Counted from the stretch's first letter, positions 18,502 to 28,694 are shown. The stretch is 63,200 nt of DNA from Candidatus Mediterraneibacter intestinigallinarum (GCA_019119265.1 DWXI01000173.1:1-63200); one strand, 5' to 3'. Numbers and translations are program-made. The notes: generated by a model not told the origin, from the sequence alone.

Positions 18502-19422
18502 ATGCGCGGATTTCACATTCCGATATGGCGGAAGATGACGGCTAAAATAAAAAAAGTAAAAATGCCTGACCTGAGCCTGCGGGTAAAGATAATGCTGTAC
18601 ATTGCCGCCCTCGCCTGTGCCGTGCTGTCAATAGTCAGTATCACATGCGGGGGCATTTTCCCGCCGGCAGCAGAGTATGCGGTATATACTGCAGCCGGAG
18701 TTACTCTGTTCCTGTCCTGTTTTTATTTGGCGGGGAGCCTGGTACTGCTGAAGCAGAAGATCATGGGGCTGGCACGTTCGAATACACTGACCGCACGGCT
18801 CACGGACGATATAGAATACAGATCGGTTCTGTCAGCCGTGTGCGGAGTCTGTATGAATATAGTGTTTGCCCTGTTCAATGGTATCGCCGGATGGATGAGC
18901 CGGTCCGCGTGGTTTGGCACGTTGTCCGCGTATTATCTGATCCTCGGGATGATGCGTGCCTATTGGATATTTCACAACCGGAACAAAGTAAGAAACCGGG
19001 AAAACCAAAGGAGCAGCCGTGTCCCGGAGAGAAATATATGGCGCTGTTACGGCGTCCTGTTCCTCTTTCTGGCAGTCGTCCTCTGCGGGGCGGTCATCCT
19101 GCTTGTGAATCTGGAGGGCGGTAAGACGTACCCGGGGTGGACAATCTACGCGGCAGCAGGCTATTCGTTTACGAAGATCATATTGGCAGCAGTTCATGTC
19201 ATCCGGGCGAGGAAGAAGAAAGAACAGTCGTGGATCATGATCAGGGATATCGGACTGGTCGATGCTTCGGTGTCAATCCTGACACTGCAGACAGCGATGT
19301 TTGCGGCATTTTCCGCAGATGACAGGAAGCTGACAGTTATGATGAACGGAATTACGGGAGCAACGGTAAGTCTTCTGATACTGGTGTTTGGTATCATCTA
19401 TCTCCTGAACCGGTACATCTAG
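18502..19422 (+). CDS. Hypothetical multi-pass membrane protein
   Basis: GGAGG RBS, about 8 hydrophobic segments, SAWFGTLSAYYLIL..MR motif. Confidence 0.8.
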   Translation: MRGFHIPIWRKMTAKIKKVKMPDLSLRVKIMLYIAALACAVLSIVSITCGGIFPPAAEYAVYTAAGVTLFLSCFYLAGSLVLLKQKIMGLARSNTLTARLTDDIEYRSVLSAVCGVCMNIVFALFNGIAGWMSRSAWFGTLSAYYLILGMMRAYWIFHNRNKVRNRENQRSSRVPERNIWRCYGVLFLFLAVVLCGAVILLVNLEGGKTYPGWTIYAAAGYSFTKIILAAVHVIRARKKKEQSWIMIRDIGLVDASVSILTLQTAMFAAFSADDRKLTVMMNGITGATVSLLILVFGIIYLLNRYI

Positions 19423-19674
19423 ATTTCCTTGCTAAGCGAGATCGTAGATGCGTCTACTCTGCCGGTATTCAATTCTGACCGTGCAATGAAAGAGAAGTAT
19501 TACGGAATATAGCCTGTTTTAATAATCCTTGATTTCTGCCGGAGCTATGATATTATTTTTTATGGTGCCGTAATATCATTTAAACTGATATCCTTTAGAC
19601 GTAATGTCAATATAATCGTATAAGGCAGGGAATAATGGGGATATGGTTTGAAAAAACAACAAGGGGTGACGCGA

Positions 19675-20322
19675 ATGTTTCAAACGGTATTATTTGTCTG
19701 TGTGGGTTATTTATCCGGAAGTGTATTATATGCTTTGATTTTTGCCGGAATATTAAAAAAGGGAGATATCCTTGCGCAAAGCAGTGACCATAATCCCGGA
19801 ACGGCAAACGCCTTTATGTACGGCGGATTTTGGTGCGGTTTATTTACACTGCTGTTTGATCTGCTTAAAGGTTTTATCCCGGTATATCTGTTTATGCATT
19901 ACGGAAATGCAGCGAAAGCTGCCCCGTTTATGGCAGCTCTTGTTATAGCAGCTCCAGTGATCGGGCACGCTTTCCCGGTATTTTACGGATTCCGCGGAGG
20001 AAAAGGGATTGCTGTCACATTCGGATGCCTTGCAGGACTTATTCCTGCGCTGGAGGCATTTTGGGTTCTGGTGTTCTTTTTTATCGGTTTTTCAACTGTA
20101 CTGCAGATTTCACCTCATTTCTACCGAACGATTTTTTCTTATGTGTTTTCTTTCGTGATTATGTTCAGGGAGATTAGAAATCCGGCTGCAGTCTGGGGAT
20201 TTTTCCTTATTACTGCTGTTGTATTAGTACGTATGTTTATCAGTAAAGAAGAACGGAAATGTCTGGAGGTGAAACTGCTTGGATGCTCTCATACTCTCAT
20301 GTGGAACAGGCGGCGGACATAA
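19675..20322 (+). CDS. plsY: Glycerol-3-phosphate acyltransferase, PlsY family
   Basis: GYLSGS, NPGTAN, DLLKG, GHAFPVF.GFRGGKGIAV. Confidence 0.88.
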   Translation: MFQTVLFVCVGYLSGSVLYALIFAGILKKGDILAQSSDHNPGTANAFMYGGFWCGLFTLLFDLLKGFIPVYLFMHYGNAAKAAPFMAALVIAAPVIGHAFPVFYGFRGGKGIAVTFGCLAGLIPALEAFWVLVFFFIGFSTVLQISPHFYRTIFSYVFSFVIMFREIRNPAAVWGFFLITAVVLVRMFISKEERKCLEVKLLGCSHTLMWNRRRT

Positions 20323-21439
20323 TTCTGCTGCATCGGCAATCTCTGAAGAACTTACGCGCCGAGGCCATCGGGCGACAGTGCTTAATCCTTACGAGCTGCG
20401 CAGCAAAAAAATGGCAGAAAAAATCAATAATTTTTATATAAAGCCGGTACAAAAAGCACCGACTGTATTTGGGGCGGTTTACAATGCGGGCCAGTTATAC
20501 AGACGTCTGCCTGTTCGCTCTCCTGTGTATTTTGCCAATTACGGTATGATATCTCCCATGGAGGAGTACCTGAGCCGGAATCACTTTGACATTATCATTA
20601 CGACTCATCTGTTCCCGGCCGAAATTTTGACCTGCATGAAGCGAAAAGGAATCCACATTCCTAAAACTGTTTTCATTGCTACGGACTATACCTGTATCCC
20701 GTTTACAGAGGAAACGGAGTGCGACGCTTACATTATTCCATCCGATAAGCTGAAAGAGACGTTTGCAGACTGCGGACTGCCCGATGAAAAGCTGTATCCG
20801 CTGGGCATACCGGTGCACAGACGCTTTTCTCAAAAAGAGTCCGGACAGGCGGCCTGTAAGCGCCTGGGGCTTGCCCCGGATAAAAGATATATTCTGGCAG
20901 CCGGCGGCAGTATGGGCGGAGGCAGTATAAAAAGATTAATCTATACACTTGCAGACGAAGCTGCCATGCGTAAGGATACGGAACTGATCGTAATATGCGG
21001 CTCTAACAAACGGATGTATGATGAATTGAAAAAACAGGATCTCTCCGGTGTTACAGTCGTAGGGTTTACATTAGATATGGCAGAGTATATGAAAGCAGCG
21101 GATCTGTTTGTTACAAAACCCGGCGGTCTGTCCTCCACAGAAGCAGCGGTGTGCGGAATCCCGTTGATACATGTCGCACCTATTCCGGGGTGTGAAACGT
21201 ATAACGCCAGATTCTTCAGCGATTATGGAATGAGTCGGTATTGTCATACATCAGACGATGAATTAGCAGATGCACTGAAAATATTGGACAGTGAAGCAGA
21301 GCGTGATGCAATGATAAGAAATCAGCGAAAGATGATACGTTCCGATGCGGCCGGACGGATAAGCGATCTTGCGGAAAGGATGACCTTATCCTCACAGGAA
21401 GCTTCTGTCATGAATGTAGAAATTTGCCTTTCAGAGTAA
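20279..21439 (+). CDS. MGDG synthase / UgtP-like GT28 glycosyltransferase
   Basis: GTGGGHNSA, TTHLFP, TDY, GGSMG, TKPGGLSSTEA, PIPGCE..N. Confidence 0.9.
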   Translation: MDALILSCGTGGGHNSAASAISEELTRRGHRATVLNPYELRSKKMAEKINNFYIKPVQKAPTVFGAVYNAGQLYRRLPVRSPVYFANYGMISPMEEYLSRNHFDIIITTHLFPAEILTCMKRKGIHIPKTVFIATDYTCIPFTEETECDAYIIPSDKLKETFADCGLPDEKLYPLGIPVHRRFSQKESGQAACKRLGLAPDKRYILAAGGSMGGGSIKRLIYTLADEAAMRKDTELIVICGSNKRMYDELKKQDLSGVTVVGFTLDMAEYMKAADLFVTKPGGLSSTEAAVCGIPLIHVAPIPGCETYNARFFSDYGMSRYCHTSDDELADALKILDSEAERDAMIRNQRKMIRSDAAGRISDLAERMTLSSQEASVMNVEICLSE

Positions 21440-21443
21440 TCGG

Positions 21444-21847
21444 AAGGCAATTACTAAAACCATCGTCCGTCTGATCAATGAGATTGGTTTTGCCAATATA
21501 TCTATGTCCAAAATTGCAAAAGCCGCCGGCATATCTGCGGTAACCTGCTTAACTATATGCAGGAATATACGGATGAATTTTTATTCATAGAACAGGCGTG
21601 CAATTCTCCTATGGCAACGGATGAAATGCTGGAGACGCTTGAACAATATAACAAAGACACGGTAAGGATTTTTCAGAGAGGGATAGAGGAAGGAATCTTG
21701 AAACCGGCCTCACCCGCTCTTCTTATCAGCTTTTGTTACTATCCGATCCAGCAGATTTTCAAAGAATGGCGGAAAGACAGATCCATGCTTCCTGATGTGG
21801 ATTTTGATATGGTCTTTCAGATGTGCTGGGATGCAGTCAAACGATAA
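21444..21847 (+). pseudogene. TetR-family regulator remnant
   Basis: HTH fragment INEIGFANISMSKIAKAAGISA with no start codon, out of frame with the C-terminal domain (21557..21847). Confidence 0.7.
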
Positions 21848-21965
21848 AAGAGGCACCTGCCTGGTGCTTTCTTTTTTACAATATAAATTAAATGAATATT
21901 CGATTAAAACCGCATGGTGAAAAAAGAAGTAATACGTATTCAGAAAGGGAAAGGAGTAATAAGAA

Positions 21966-22725
21966 ATGAGATATGCATGGCGCACGGTGTGAATTACTAT
22001 GACACTGCTTACATTTATCATGGGGGAAGATCAGATATTTCGGATTTTCATTTCACGGAACGCCCGGCTGCCTGAGAAAGCTTCTGGAAAAAAACGACTG
22101 GGATTTTGTACAGATACAGCTGAATTATTATGACTGGTATCAGGGAACGGCAAGACAGCAGTATGAAATATTAAGAGAACATGATATTCCTGTTATGGTA
22201 ATGGAGCCCGTTCATGGAGGCATGTTAGCTGTTCTTCCGGAAGACTGCAGGCAGCTTCTGCCGGACAAGAATATCTCACCGGCCGGGTGGGCGCTCCGGT
22301 TTGTAATGAATCTCCTAGGTGTATCGGTTACTCTCAGCGGTATGTCTGAGACAGAGCAGGCGGAGGAAAATACAGCAGCGGCAGATTCAGAGCATAGTCT
22401 GACCCGGAAAGAACTTTCACGGCTGGAGAGGATCAGTGAGATACTTCACAAAAAAATAGCGGTTCCATGTACCGGATGCCGCTACTGCTGCGACAACTGT
22501 CCGCAAGGCCTGGATATTCCTTTTTTACTGTCGGCATATAATGATTATCGGGATGAAGCTGCTGCATTGGGCGATAAAAATCTGGCAGTCTGGCGGCTGG
22601 TCCGCCTAAAAGCGTTAGCAAAAGAAAAACAGCCTTCTGCCTGTATCGGGTGCGGCAGTTGTACGGCACATTGTCCGCAGGGGCTTGATATCCCTTCCTA
22701 TATGCGGGAAATGTCAGCGGTATGA
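21966..22725 (+). pseudogene. Aldo/keto reductase with 4Fe-4S C-terminus, deleted
   Basis: GVNYYDTAYIYHGG joined to GFSFHG, then DFVQIQLNY, VMEPVHGG, CTGCRYC and CIGCGSC..HCPQ. Large internal segments are missing. Confidence 0.8.
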
Positions 22726-22853
22726 TGGAGAATGTGGACGAGGAGACAAAAGAGGAAAAAAGCTAAAAGAGCGATGTGCAGTCTGATAAAAATTCAAACT
22801 GCGCATCGTTTCCGGGAAATGCAGATTTTTTGGCACATTTGAATGTACAATAC

Positions 22854-23693
22854 CTATACGAGCGACATAAACCACTCAACAGTCGCCGGGTCATAGTGGG
22901 AGAAGAACAGGCTGTTTCCTGTATCCAGAGACTCGATCTCTTTTATCTCCTCATCGGTCAGGGAGAAGTCAAAAATATTAAAGTTTTCTTCCATGCGGTT
23001 CTTGTGTGTGGATTTCGGGATCAGCACTACATCACTCTGAAGAAGGAAACGGAGTGCTGTCTGAGCTACGGATTTGCCGTATTTTTCACCAATTTTTTTC
23101 AGCACCGGATTATTGAAATAATCGTTCTTGCCTTCTGCAAAAGGTCCCCATGACATAATCTGGGTTCCGTTCTTTTTCATGTATTCTTTTGCGGTCTTCT
23201 GCTGCTGGAATACATGGGTTTCAACCTGATTTACAGCCGGTTTGATCCTGGAAAAATGGAAGATATCCAGATACCGGTCCGGATAGAAGTTGGAAACACC
23301 GATAGCTCGTACCTTGCCCTCATCGTAAGCCTCTTCCATTGCGCGGTAAGTTCCGTAGTAATCGCCGAAAGGCTGATGGATCAGGAGCAGATCGATATAG
23401 TCTGTCTGCAGCTTCTTCAGAGATTCTTCAATAGAAGCTTTCGCCTTTTCATATCCAGCGTTTGTGATCCATACTTTTGTCGTGATGAAAAATTCTTCTC
23501 TCGGTAGTCCGCATTTTTTCAGGGCGTTTCCGACTCCTTCTTCGTTGCCGTACGCCTGGGCGGTATCAATGCTTCTGTAGCCTGTCTCGATCGCTTCAAG
23601 CACGCAGCGTTCTGTCTCTTCCGGCGGCGTCTGATATACTCCGTATCCTAATTTCGGCATTTTGACGCCATTGTTTAATGTAACATAATCCAT
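22854..23693 (-). CDS. Aldo/keto reductase (2,5-DKG reductase-like)
   Basis: LNNGVKMPKLGYG, IDTAQAYGNE, IGVSNF, IPKST..RM.EN. Confidence 0.93.
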   Translation of the reverse strand: MDYVTLNNGVKMPKLGYGVYQTPPEETERCVLEAIETGYRSIDTAQAYGNEEGVGNALKKCGLPREEFFITTKVWITNAGYEKAKASIEESLKKLQTDYIDLLLIHQPFGDYYGTYRAMEEAYDEGKVRAIGVSNFYPDRYLDIFHFSRIKPAVNQVETHVFQQQKTAKEYMKKNGTQIMSWGPFAEGKNDYFNNPVLKKIGEKYGKSVAQTALRFLLQSDVVLIPKSTHKNRMEENFNIFDFSLTDEEIKEIESLDTGNSLFFSHYDPATVEWFMSLV

Positions 23694-23762
23694 GATAAAT
23701 ACCTCCTGTCTGTTTTCATTTATAAGTTTACAGCCGGAACAGAAAAAAGTACAATAAGAATA

Positions 23763-23780
23763 CAGGAATCCAGATTCCTG
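23763..23780. promoter_or_regulatory. Palindromic LysR-type operator
   Basis: CAGGAATC-CA-GATTCCTG between the divergent AKR and lysR genes. Confidence 0.55.
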
Positions 23781-23808
23781 AAAATGAATAGTGAAAGGAA
23801 AGAAGAAA

Positions 23809-24666
23809 ATGTTGAATCTGCTAGAGATGGAGCAGCTTGCTGCATTCGCAGAATACGGAACACTATCGAAAGCTGCTGAAAAACTGAATGTTTCACAGCC
23901 TACGATCACAAGGACAATGCAGCATCTTGAGGAGGAGTTCGGGGTATCATTATTTGAACGAAGCAAGAATCACATTACGTTGAATGAAACAGGAAGGCGG
24001 GCCGTCAGTTATGCAGTACAACTTTTGAAAGATGCGGAGAAAGCAGTAGAAGATGTCCAGGCGTTCGAACGGAGCCTGCATACGATCACGGTCAGCTCCT
24101 GCGCGCCTGCGCCGCTATGGAGGCTGCTCCCCGCACTGTCGGATGCATTTCCGGATATGACACTATCATCCTCTATTAAAAGTAATGCATCGGTACTGGA
24201 AGATGTGAAATCCGGCCGCTGCCTTCTGGCGGTGCTGCCGGATATACCGGAAGAGGGGAGCATTCCGGAAACGTACCGCAGCCGGCCTTTTATGAAAGAA
24301 AATCTGGCGGTGTGCGTGCCCCCTGACCATATGTTTGCCGGGTATAAAGAGGTGTCTTTTGAAGTGCTAAACGGATATAATTTCCTGCTGGGCACAAGGC
24401 TCGGGTTCTGGGACGACATGTGCCGGGAAAAAATGCCGGCCTCAAGGTTTCTGGTACAGACGGATCAGTTTACAATGCAGGAACTGATCAGGGAATCTTC
24501 CCTTCCCTGTTTTGTGACAGACGTTGCCGAATATGACGAAAAAATTTACGGGAACAGGATTGTCATACCCATCTCAGACCAGGAGGCTAAGATAACATTT
24601 CATATAGTATATGACGGAACAGATAAAAAATATGCCCCGGCATTTGCACAACTTTTTGACTCCTGA
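23809..24666 (+). CDS. LysR-family regulator
   Basis: GTLSKAAEKLNVSQPTITR..LEEEFGV.LFER. Confidence 0.92.
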   Translation: MLNLLEMEQLAAFAEYGTLSKAAEKLNVSQPTITRTMQHLEEEFGVSLFERSKNHITLNETGRRAVSYAVQLLKDAEKAVEDVQAFERSLHTITVSSCAPAPLWRLLPALSDAFPDMTLSSSIKSNASVLEDVKSGRCLLAVLPDIPEEGSIPETYRSRPFMKENLAVCVPPDHMFAGYKEVSFEVLNGYNFLLGTRLGFWDDMCREKMPASRFLVQTDQFTMQELIRESSLPCFVTDVAEYDEKIYGNRIVIPISDQEAKITFHIVYDGTDKKYAPAFAQLFDS

Positions 24667-24682
24667 CCATGGCAGATGCCGC

Positions 24683-24711
24683 TTTTAATATTTCAGAAAC
24701 GAAACGGAAAC
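24683..24711 (+). promoter_or_regulatory. Third copy of the TTTTAA-N6-AGAAAC-N7-AAAC operator
   Basis: Aligns with 4143 and 18397. Confidence 0.55.
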
Positions 24712-24790
24712 GCATTGTCAATAAAACCGGGCTATCTTTATATCGTCGAACGGAAATAAAGACCATATAAAGAAAGAAGGAGCAAGGTAA

Positions 24791-25057
24791 ATGGCAAAAT
24801 CAAAGCTTGTAAAAGCAAATCAGAAAATCGTCGATGCAGTGGTCGGCGGATACAAGAAAATTGAGAGAGGAGTGGTCGGCGGATATAAAAAGCTTGAAAA
24901 TGGCGCGGTAGACGGATTTACAAAAATTTCCGATTCCTTTGTAGACCAGTTCCTGACAAAAGACGGAGAGAGTGTTGAGGAAGCAAAAGCGAGACTGGAA
25001 GCAGAGCAGCAAGAAAGAGAAGTAAAGAAAATGACAAAGGCGGAGGGAATGAAATAA
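24791..25057 (+). CDS. Hypothetical protein with 11-aa VVGGYKKIE repeats
   Basis: AGGAG RBS and internal amphipathic repeats. Confidence 0.8.
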   Translation: MAKSKLVKANQKIVDAVVGGYKKIERGVVGGYKKLENGAVDGFTKISDSFVDQFLTKDGESVEEAKARLEAEQQEREVKKMTKAEGMK

Positions 25058-25425
25058 TGAAGAAGAGTACATTTGTTGCAATGATCTTAGGAACAATAGG
25101 CGGGATATTATTTGCACTTGGTATGTGCATGGCACTGATTTCGGAGTGGAATGCATTCCGCCAGGGAGTTGTCATGGGAACGATCGGAGGGATCGTGCTT
25201 CTTATCATGGTAATTGTCTGGCGTAAAATGGAAAATAAGAATCCGATCCGGATATCCGGAAAGACGATCGGAACTGTTCTTCTTGGAATCATAGGAGCGC
25301 TTCTCTTTGGCGTGGGCATGTGCCTGACTATGGTGTGGAGCAATATGATCATCGGAATTGTGATTGGCATCGTGGGAATTGTTGTACTGCTGTGCCTGAT
25401 CCCGCTGACAAAAGGATTGAAATAA
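25057..25425 (+). CDS. Hypothetical 4-TM membrane protein (internal duplication)
   Basis: Two LG.IG..LF..GMC...W halves. Coupled by TAATG. Confidence 0.82.
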   Translation: MKKSTFVAMILGTIGGILFALGMCMALISEWNAFRQGVVMGTIGGIVLLIMVIVWRKMENKNPIRISGKTIGTVLLGIIGALLFGVGMCLTMVWSNMIIGIVIGIVGIVVLLCLIPLTKGLK

Positions 25426-25436
25426 TACGGATAGTG

Positions 25437-25477
25437 ATTGGGGACGTAGTAAAATTGCATTTTACTACGTCCCCAAT
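25437..25477. repeat. REP-like palindrome, copy 1
   Basis: GGGACGTAGTAAAA-N5-TTTTACTACGTCCC between convergent genes. Confidence 0.85.
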
Positions 25478-25478
25478 A

Positions 25479-26510
25479 TTAACATTGCTCAGCTATTGTA
25501 TACAGCAGTTTCTCTGTATCCTCCCAGCCAAGGCACGGATCAGTGATAGATTTTCCGTATACATGGTCAGTTCCGATCTGCTGGCATCCTTCCACCAGGT
25601 AGCTCTCGATCATGACGCCTTTGACAAGTTTCCGGATATCCTCATCGATCCGGCGGCTGTGCAGGATCTCTTTTACGATGCGGATCTGCTGCTTATATTT
25701 CTTGCCGGAGTTGGAATGATTAGCGTCAATGAGGACGGCCGGGTTTTCCAGATTCCTTTCCTCGTATTTTTCGAGAAGAAGCTGGATATCTTCATAGTGG
25801 TAGTTGGGAATTGTATTTCCATGTTTGTTTACGGCCCCTCTGAGGATCGTGTGGGTGAGAGGATTGCCTTCTGTCCGTACTTCCCAGCCTCTGGAAATAA
25901 AATCATGTCCTCCCTGTGCTGCAACGACAGAGTTGAGCATGACAGAGAAGTCCCCGCTGGTGGGATTCTTCATGCCGACAGGGATATCCAGTCCGCTGAC
26001 CATCAGGCGGTGCTCCTGATTTTCCACGGAGCGGGCTCCGATGGCTACATAGGAGAGAATATCGGAGAGATAGTGCCAGTTGTCCGGGTAGAGCATCTCA
26101 TCAGCGGCAGTAAGTCCGGTTTCTGAGATGGAACGGATATGCATATGACGGATCGCAAGGATTCCTGCAAGTATATCCGGTTTTGCTTCAGGGTCCGGCT
26201 GATGGAGCATCCCTTTGTATCCCTCTCCTGTAGTACGAGGTTTATTCGTATAGATCCGGGGCACAAGCACAAGGCGGTCAGCAACCTTTTCCTGCACCTT
26301 TGCCAGACGGTTCGTATATTCGCATACGGAGTCTTCATTGTCGGCCGAACAGGGCCCCACGATCACGAGAAACTTATCGGATTCTCCTGTGATCACATCA
26401 CGGATAAGTCTGTCGCGACCGGCTTTTATTTTTTTCATTTCTTCGGACATAGGCTCCAGTGCTTTGACCTCGTCCGGAGAAGGCAGTTGTCTGATAAATG
26501 TAAAACTCAT
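25479..26510 (-). CDS. 3-deoxy-7-phosphoheptulonate (DAHP) synthase, class I
   Basis: VGPCS, KPRT, IGARS.E.QEHR, VGMKN, ILRG, DANHSNS, SITDPC. Confidence 0.95.
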   Translation of the reverse strand: MSFTFIRQLPSPDEVKALEPMSEEMKKIKAGRDRLIRDVITGESDKFLVIVGPCSADNEDSVCEYTNRLAKVQEKVADRLVLVPRIYTNKPRTTGEGYKGMLHQPDPEAKPDILAGILAIRHMHIRSISETGLTAADEMLYPDNWHYLSDILSYVAIGARSVENQEHRLMVSGLDIPVGMKNPTSGDFSVMLNSVVAAQGGHDFISRGWEVRTEGNPLTHTILRGAVNKHGNTIPNYHYEDIQLLLEKYEERNLENPAVLIDANHSNSGKKYKQQIRIVKEILHSRRIDEDIRKLVKGVMIESYLVEGCQQIGTDHVYGKSITDPCLGWEDTEKLLYTIAEQC

Positions 26511-26571
26511 TGTATTTTCCCTCTGTGATTCTTATTTTAGTTCGTCGGCGGATTGGCTGATCCCACCGGAT

Positions 26572-26667
26572 GTAACAGTTCAGCCGCTCAATTCATCTGA
26601 ATGCCAGTCGACGGATTCTTATGCGAGCATAAATCCGTCGACTGGCATCAGATGGCTGAACTGTTAC
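26572..26667. repeat. MITE-like hairpin element, copy 1
   Basis: Terminal IR GTAACAGTTCAGCC / GGCTGAACTGTTAC with a long internal stem. Confidence 0.75.
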
Positions 26668-26756
26668 TAACGGACAAATTATAATACAGAGAAGGAAAAT
26701 TGTCGAGACTTAGAGACAAAAAACAGTAATCATTATCTCATACAGACTTTTGCGCT

Positions 26757-27002
26757 TTAATACTGAGGCCCCATTATCCGGACGGCGGCAGAGCCTGCGG
26801 GAGTGCTGCTGCTGTCCTTATTTACGCTGATAAAGCCGCTCAGGAAGAGTATCGAAGTGAAAGTAAGCACAGCTACGATTACGAACAGGCATATGTATAA
26901 GATACGGACACGATTTGGCTTTCTGTTTTCTTTTTCTTTCTGTGTGACATTTTCGGAATCAGGAGTCTCAGGCAGATCGGACTGATAGATATAATTGCTC
27001 AC
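26757..27002 (-). CDS. Small single-TM hypothetical protein
   Basis: AAAGGAGGAG RBS before a GTG start, one hydrophobic helix. Confidence 0.6.
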   Translation of the reverse strand: MSNYIYQSDLPETPDSENVTQKEKENRKPNRVRILYICLFVIVAVLTFTSILFLSGFISVNKDSSSTPAGSAAVRIMGPQY

Positions 27003-27055
27003 GCTAAACTCCTCCTTTCTACTGCTTTTCATATGTAACAATATAGAAGAGGAGT

Positions 27056-27093
27056 GTGAAGCAATTCTAGTAAAAACGTGAATATGGTGTGAA
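27056..27093 (-). promoter_or_regulatory. TTCAC direct repeats (OmpR/HssR-type site)
   Basis: GTGAA at 27056, 27078 and 27089 (22- and 11-bp spacing). Confidence 0.45.
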
Positions 27094-27236
27094 CTTAGAG
27101 TTAGTGATTTCTGCTTGACAGACGGCAGACTGCGTTATATTGTACAATATATATGATGTTGGGAACAAAAGCGAGGATGCTTGACCTTAGGGAAAAGTGT
27201 CCTCGCTTTTGCTTTGCGGCAAAGGAGGAGACGCAG

Positions 27237-28694
27237 ATGAAAAGGCAGAAAAGACTGATCATACTGTCAGGCGTACTTGTTGTGTGCGTCGCCGGGACAG
27301 TCGTTGTATCCCGGATTGATTTTGAGGAGAAGATGACAGGCACGGAGACGACGATCGTGGACGTAGACAGTGCGGATATCACAAAATTGTTCTGGAACTA
27401 TGAGGATGAGGTGAGCTTTACCCGCGAGGATGGCGAGTGGAAATATGAATCAGACGACAAAATGGCTGTGGATCAGGATCTGCTCGATGAGATTGCTGAG
27501 AATCTCTCGGATATCACTTCAGACAAGATGGTGGAAGAGGTGCAGAGCCTGGGAGTTTACGGACTGAGCGACCCACAGTATAACATCACAGTAGAGACAG
27601 AAGACGAGACGTATGAGATCGCGGTCGGAGACGAGACATTTTCAGACGGGGAAGTATATATATCCATCGGAGACGATTATGTGTACTTGACGGATGCCGG
27701 ATTGATCGATGATATCTCCTATTCACTTCTTGACTGTGTACAGAAAGAAGAGATACCGGAGATGGAGAGCATATCTTCCGTATCTGTAAATAATGAGGAT
27801 ACACTGGATATTGTTTATGCAGAAGACAGCGGATACTGCTACAGTGACGCATACACCTATTATCTGAAGGACGGAGAAAACTATCAGAATCTTGATAATG
27901 AGAATACAGAGACAATGTTTACCACACTGTCGGAATTCGTATGGGAGGAATGTGTGGATTACTATGCAGAAGATTCGGAACTGAGCTCATATGGGCTGGA
28001 CGAACCCGATGCAGAGGTGTCCATCGTCTACACTCCGGCGGAGGATGAAGAGGATTCGGAGATCGCAGACAGTGAAGAATCATCAGAGGAGACGACGGAC
28101 GATTCAACAGACAGTGGCGAGCAGACATTTGCGTACCAGGTTGGAACAGCGGACGATGCTTATTACGCAAAATTAAAAGACTCAAATATCGTATACAGTA
28201 TCAGCGAGGATGTCTACAATGCCGCGGTGGATGCCTCATATGACGAGTTGAAACCGGACGAGGTGGTTCTCCTTGACTGGGATACAGTGGACAGTGTCGA
28301 GATTGAACTGGACGGAAATGTGTATACAGTTGATATCGAGAGTAACGAAGATGATGGGTATACTTATTCGTTTGGCGATTCAGAAATCGAGTTCAAGGAT
28401 GTTCTGGATCAGTTGTCAGATATCACAATACCAGAGGAAAGCACTGAAGATGACGAGACTTCTGTACCGGAGGAGGAACCGGCGTTAAGTAATAATAAGA
28501 CAGAGCTGTCGCTTACGTTCCACCGGAATACAGAGGAATATTCTACGGTAGAGGTCGTCTTCTACCAATATAACGGTTCTTACTGTATCGCAGCGCTTAA
28601 TGGTGATGAATTGAACTATGTGGATCGGTCGGCGGTAGTCGATCTGAAAGAGGCAGTAAACTCGGTGATTCTTGACAGTACATCCGGGGAGTGA
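27237..28694 (+). CDS. DUF4340-like extracytoplasmic protein, very acidic
   Basis: N-terminal membrane anchor and two repeated YGL..P...I.VG modules. Confidence 0.8.
   Translation: MKRQKRLIILSGVLVVCVAGTVVVSRIDFEEKMTGTETTIVDVDSADITKLFWNYEDEVSFTREDGEWKYESDDKMAVDQDLLDEIAENLSDITSDKMVEEVQSLGVYGLSDPQYNITVETEDETYEIAVGDETFSDGEVYISIGDDYVYLTDAGLIDDISYSLLDCVQKEEIPEMESISSVSVNNEDTLDIVYAEDSGYCYSDAYTYYLKDGENYQNLDNENTETMFTTLSEFVWEECVDYYAEDSELSSYGLDEPDAEVSIVYTPAEDEEDSEIADSEESSEETTDDSTDSGEQTFAYQVGTADDAYYAKLKDSNIVYSISEDVYNAAVDASYDELKPDEVVLLDWDTVDSVEIELDGNVYTVDIESNEDDGYTYSFGDSEIEFKDVLDQLSDITIPEESTEDDETSVPEEEPALSNNKTELSLTFHRNTEEYSTVEVVFYQYNGSYCIAALNGDELNYVDRSAVVDLKEAVNSVILDSTSGE

Noticed and set aside
25320-26126. 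Long antisense ORFs (also 32566..33519, 51403..52317, 55114..55863, 61073..61966)
   Set aside because: They lie opposite well-supported genes and lack motifs and an RBS.
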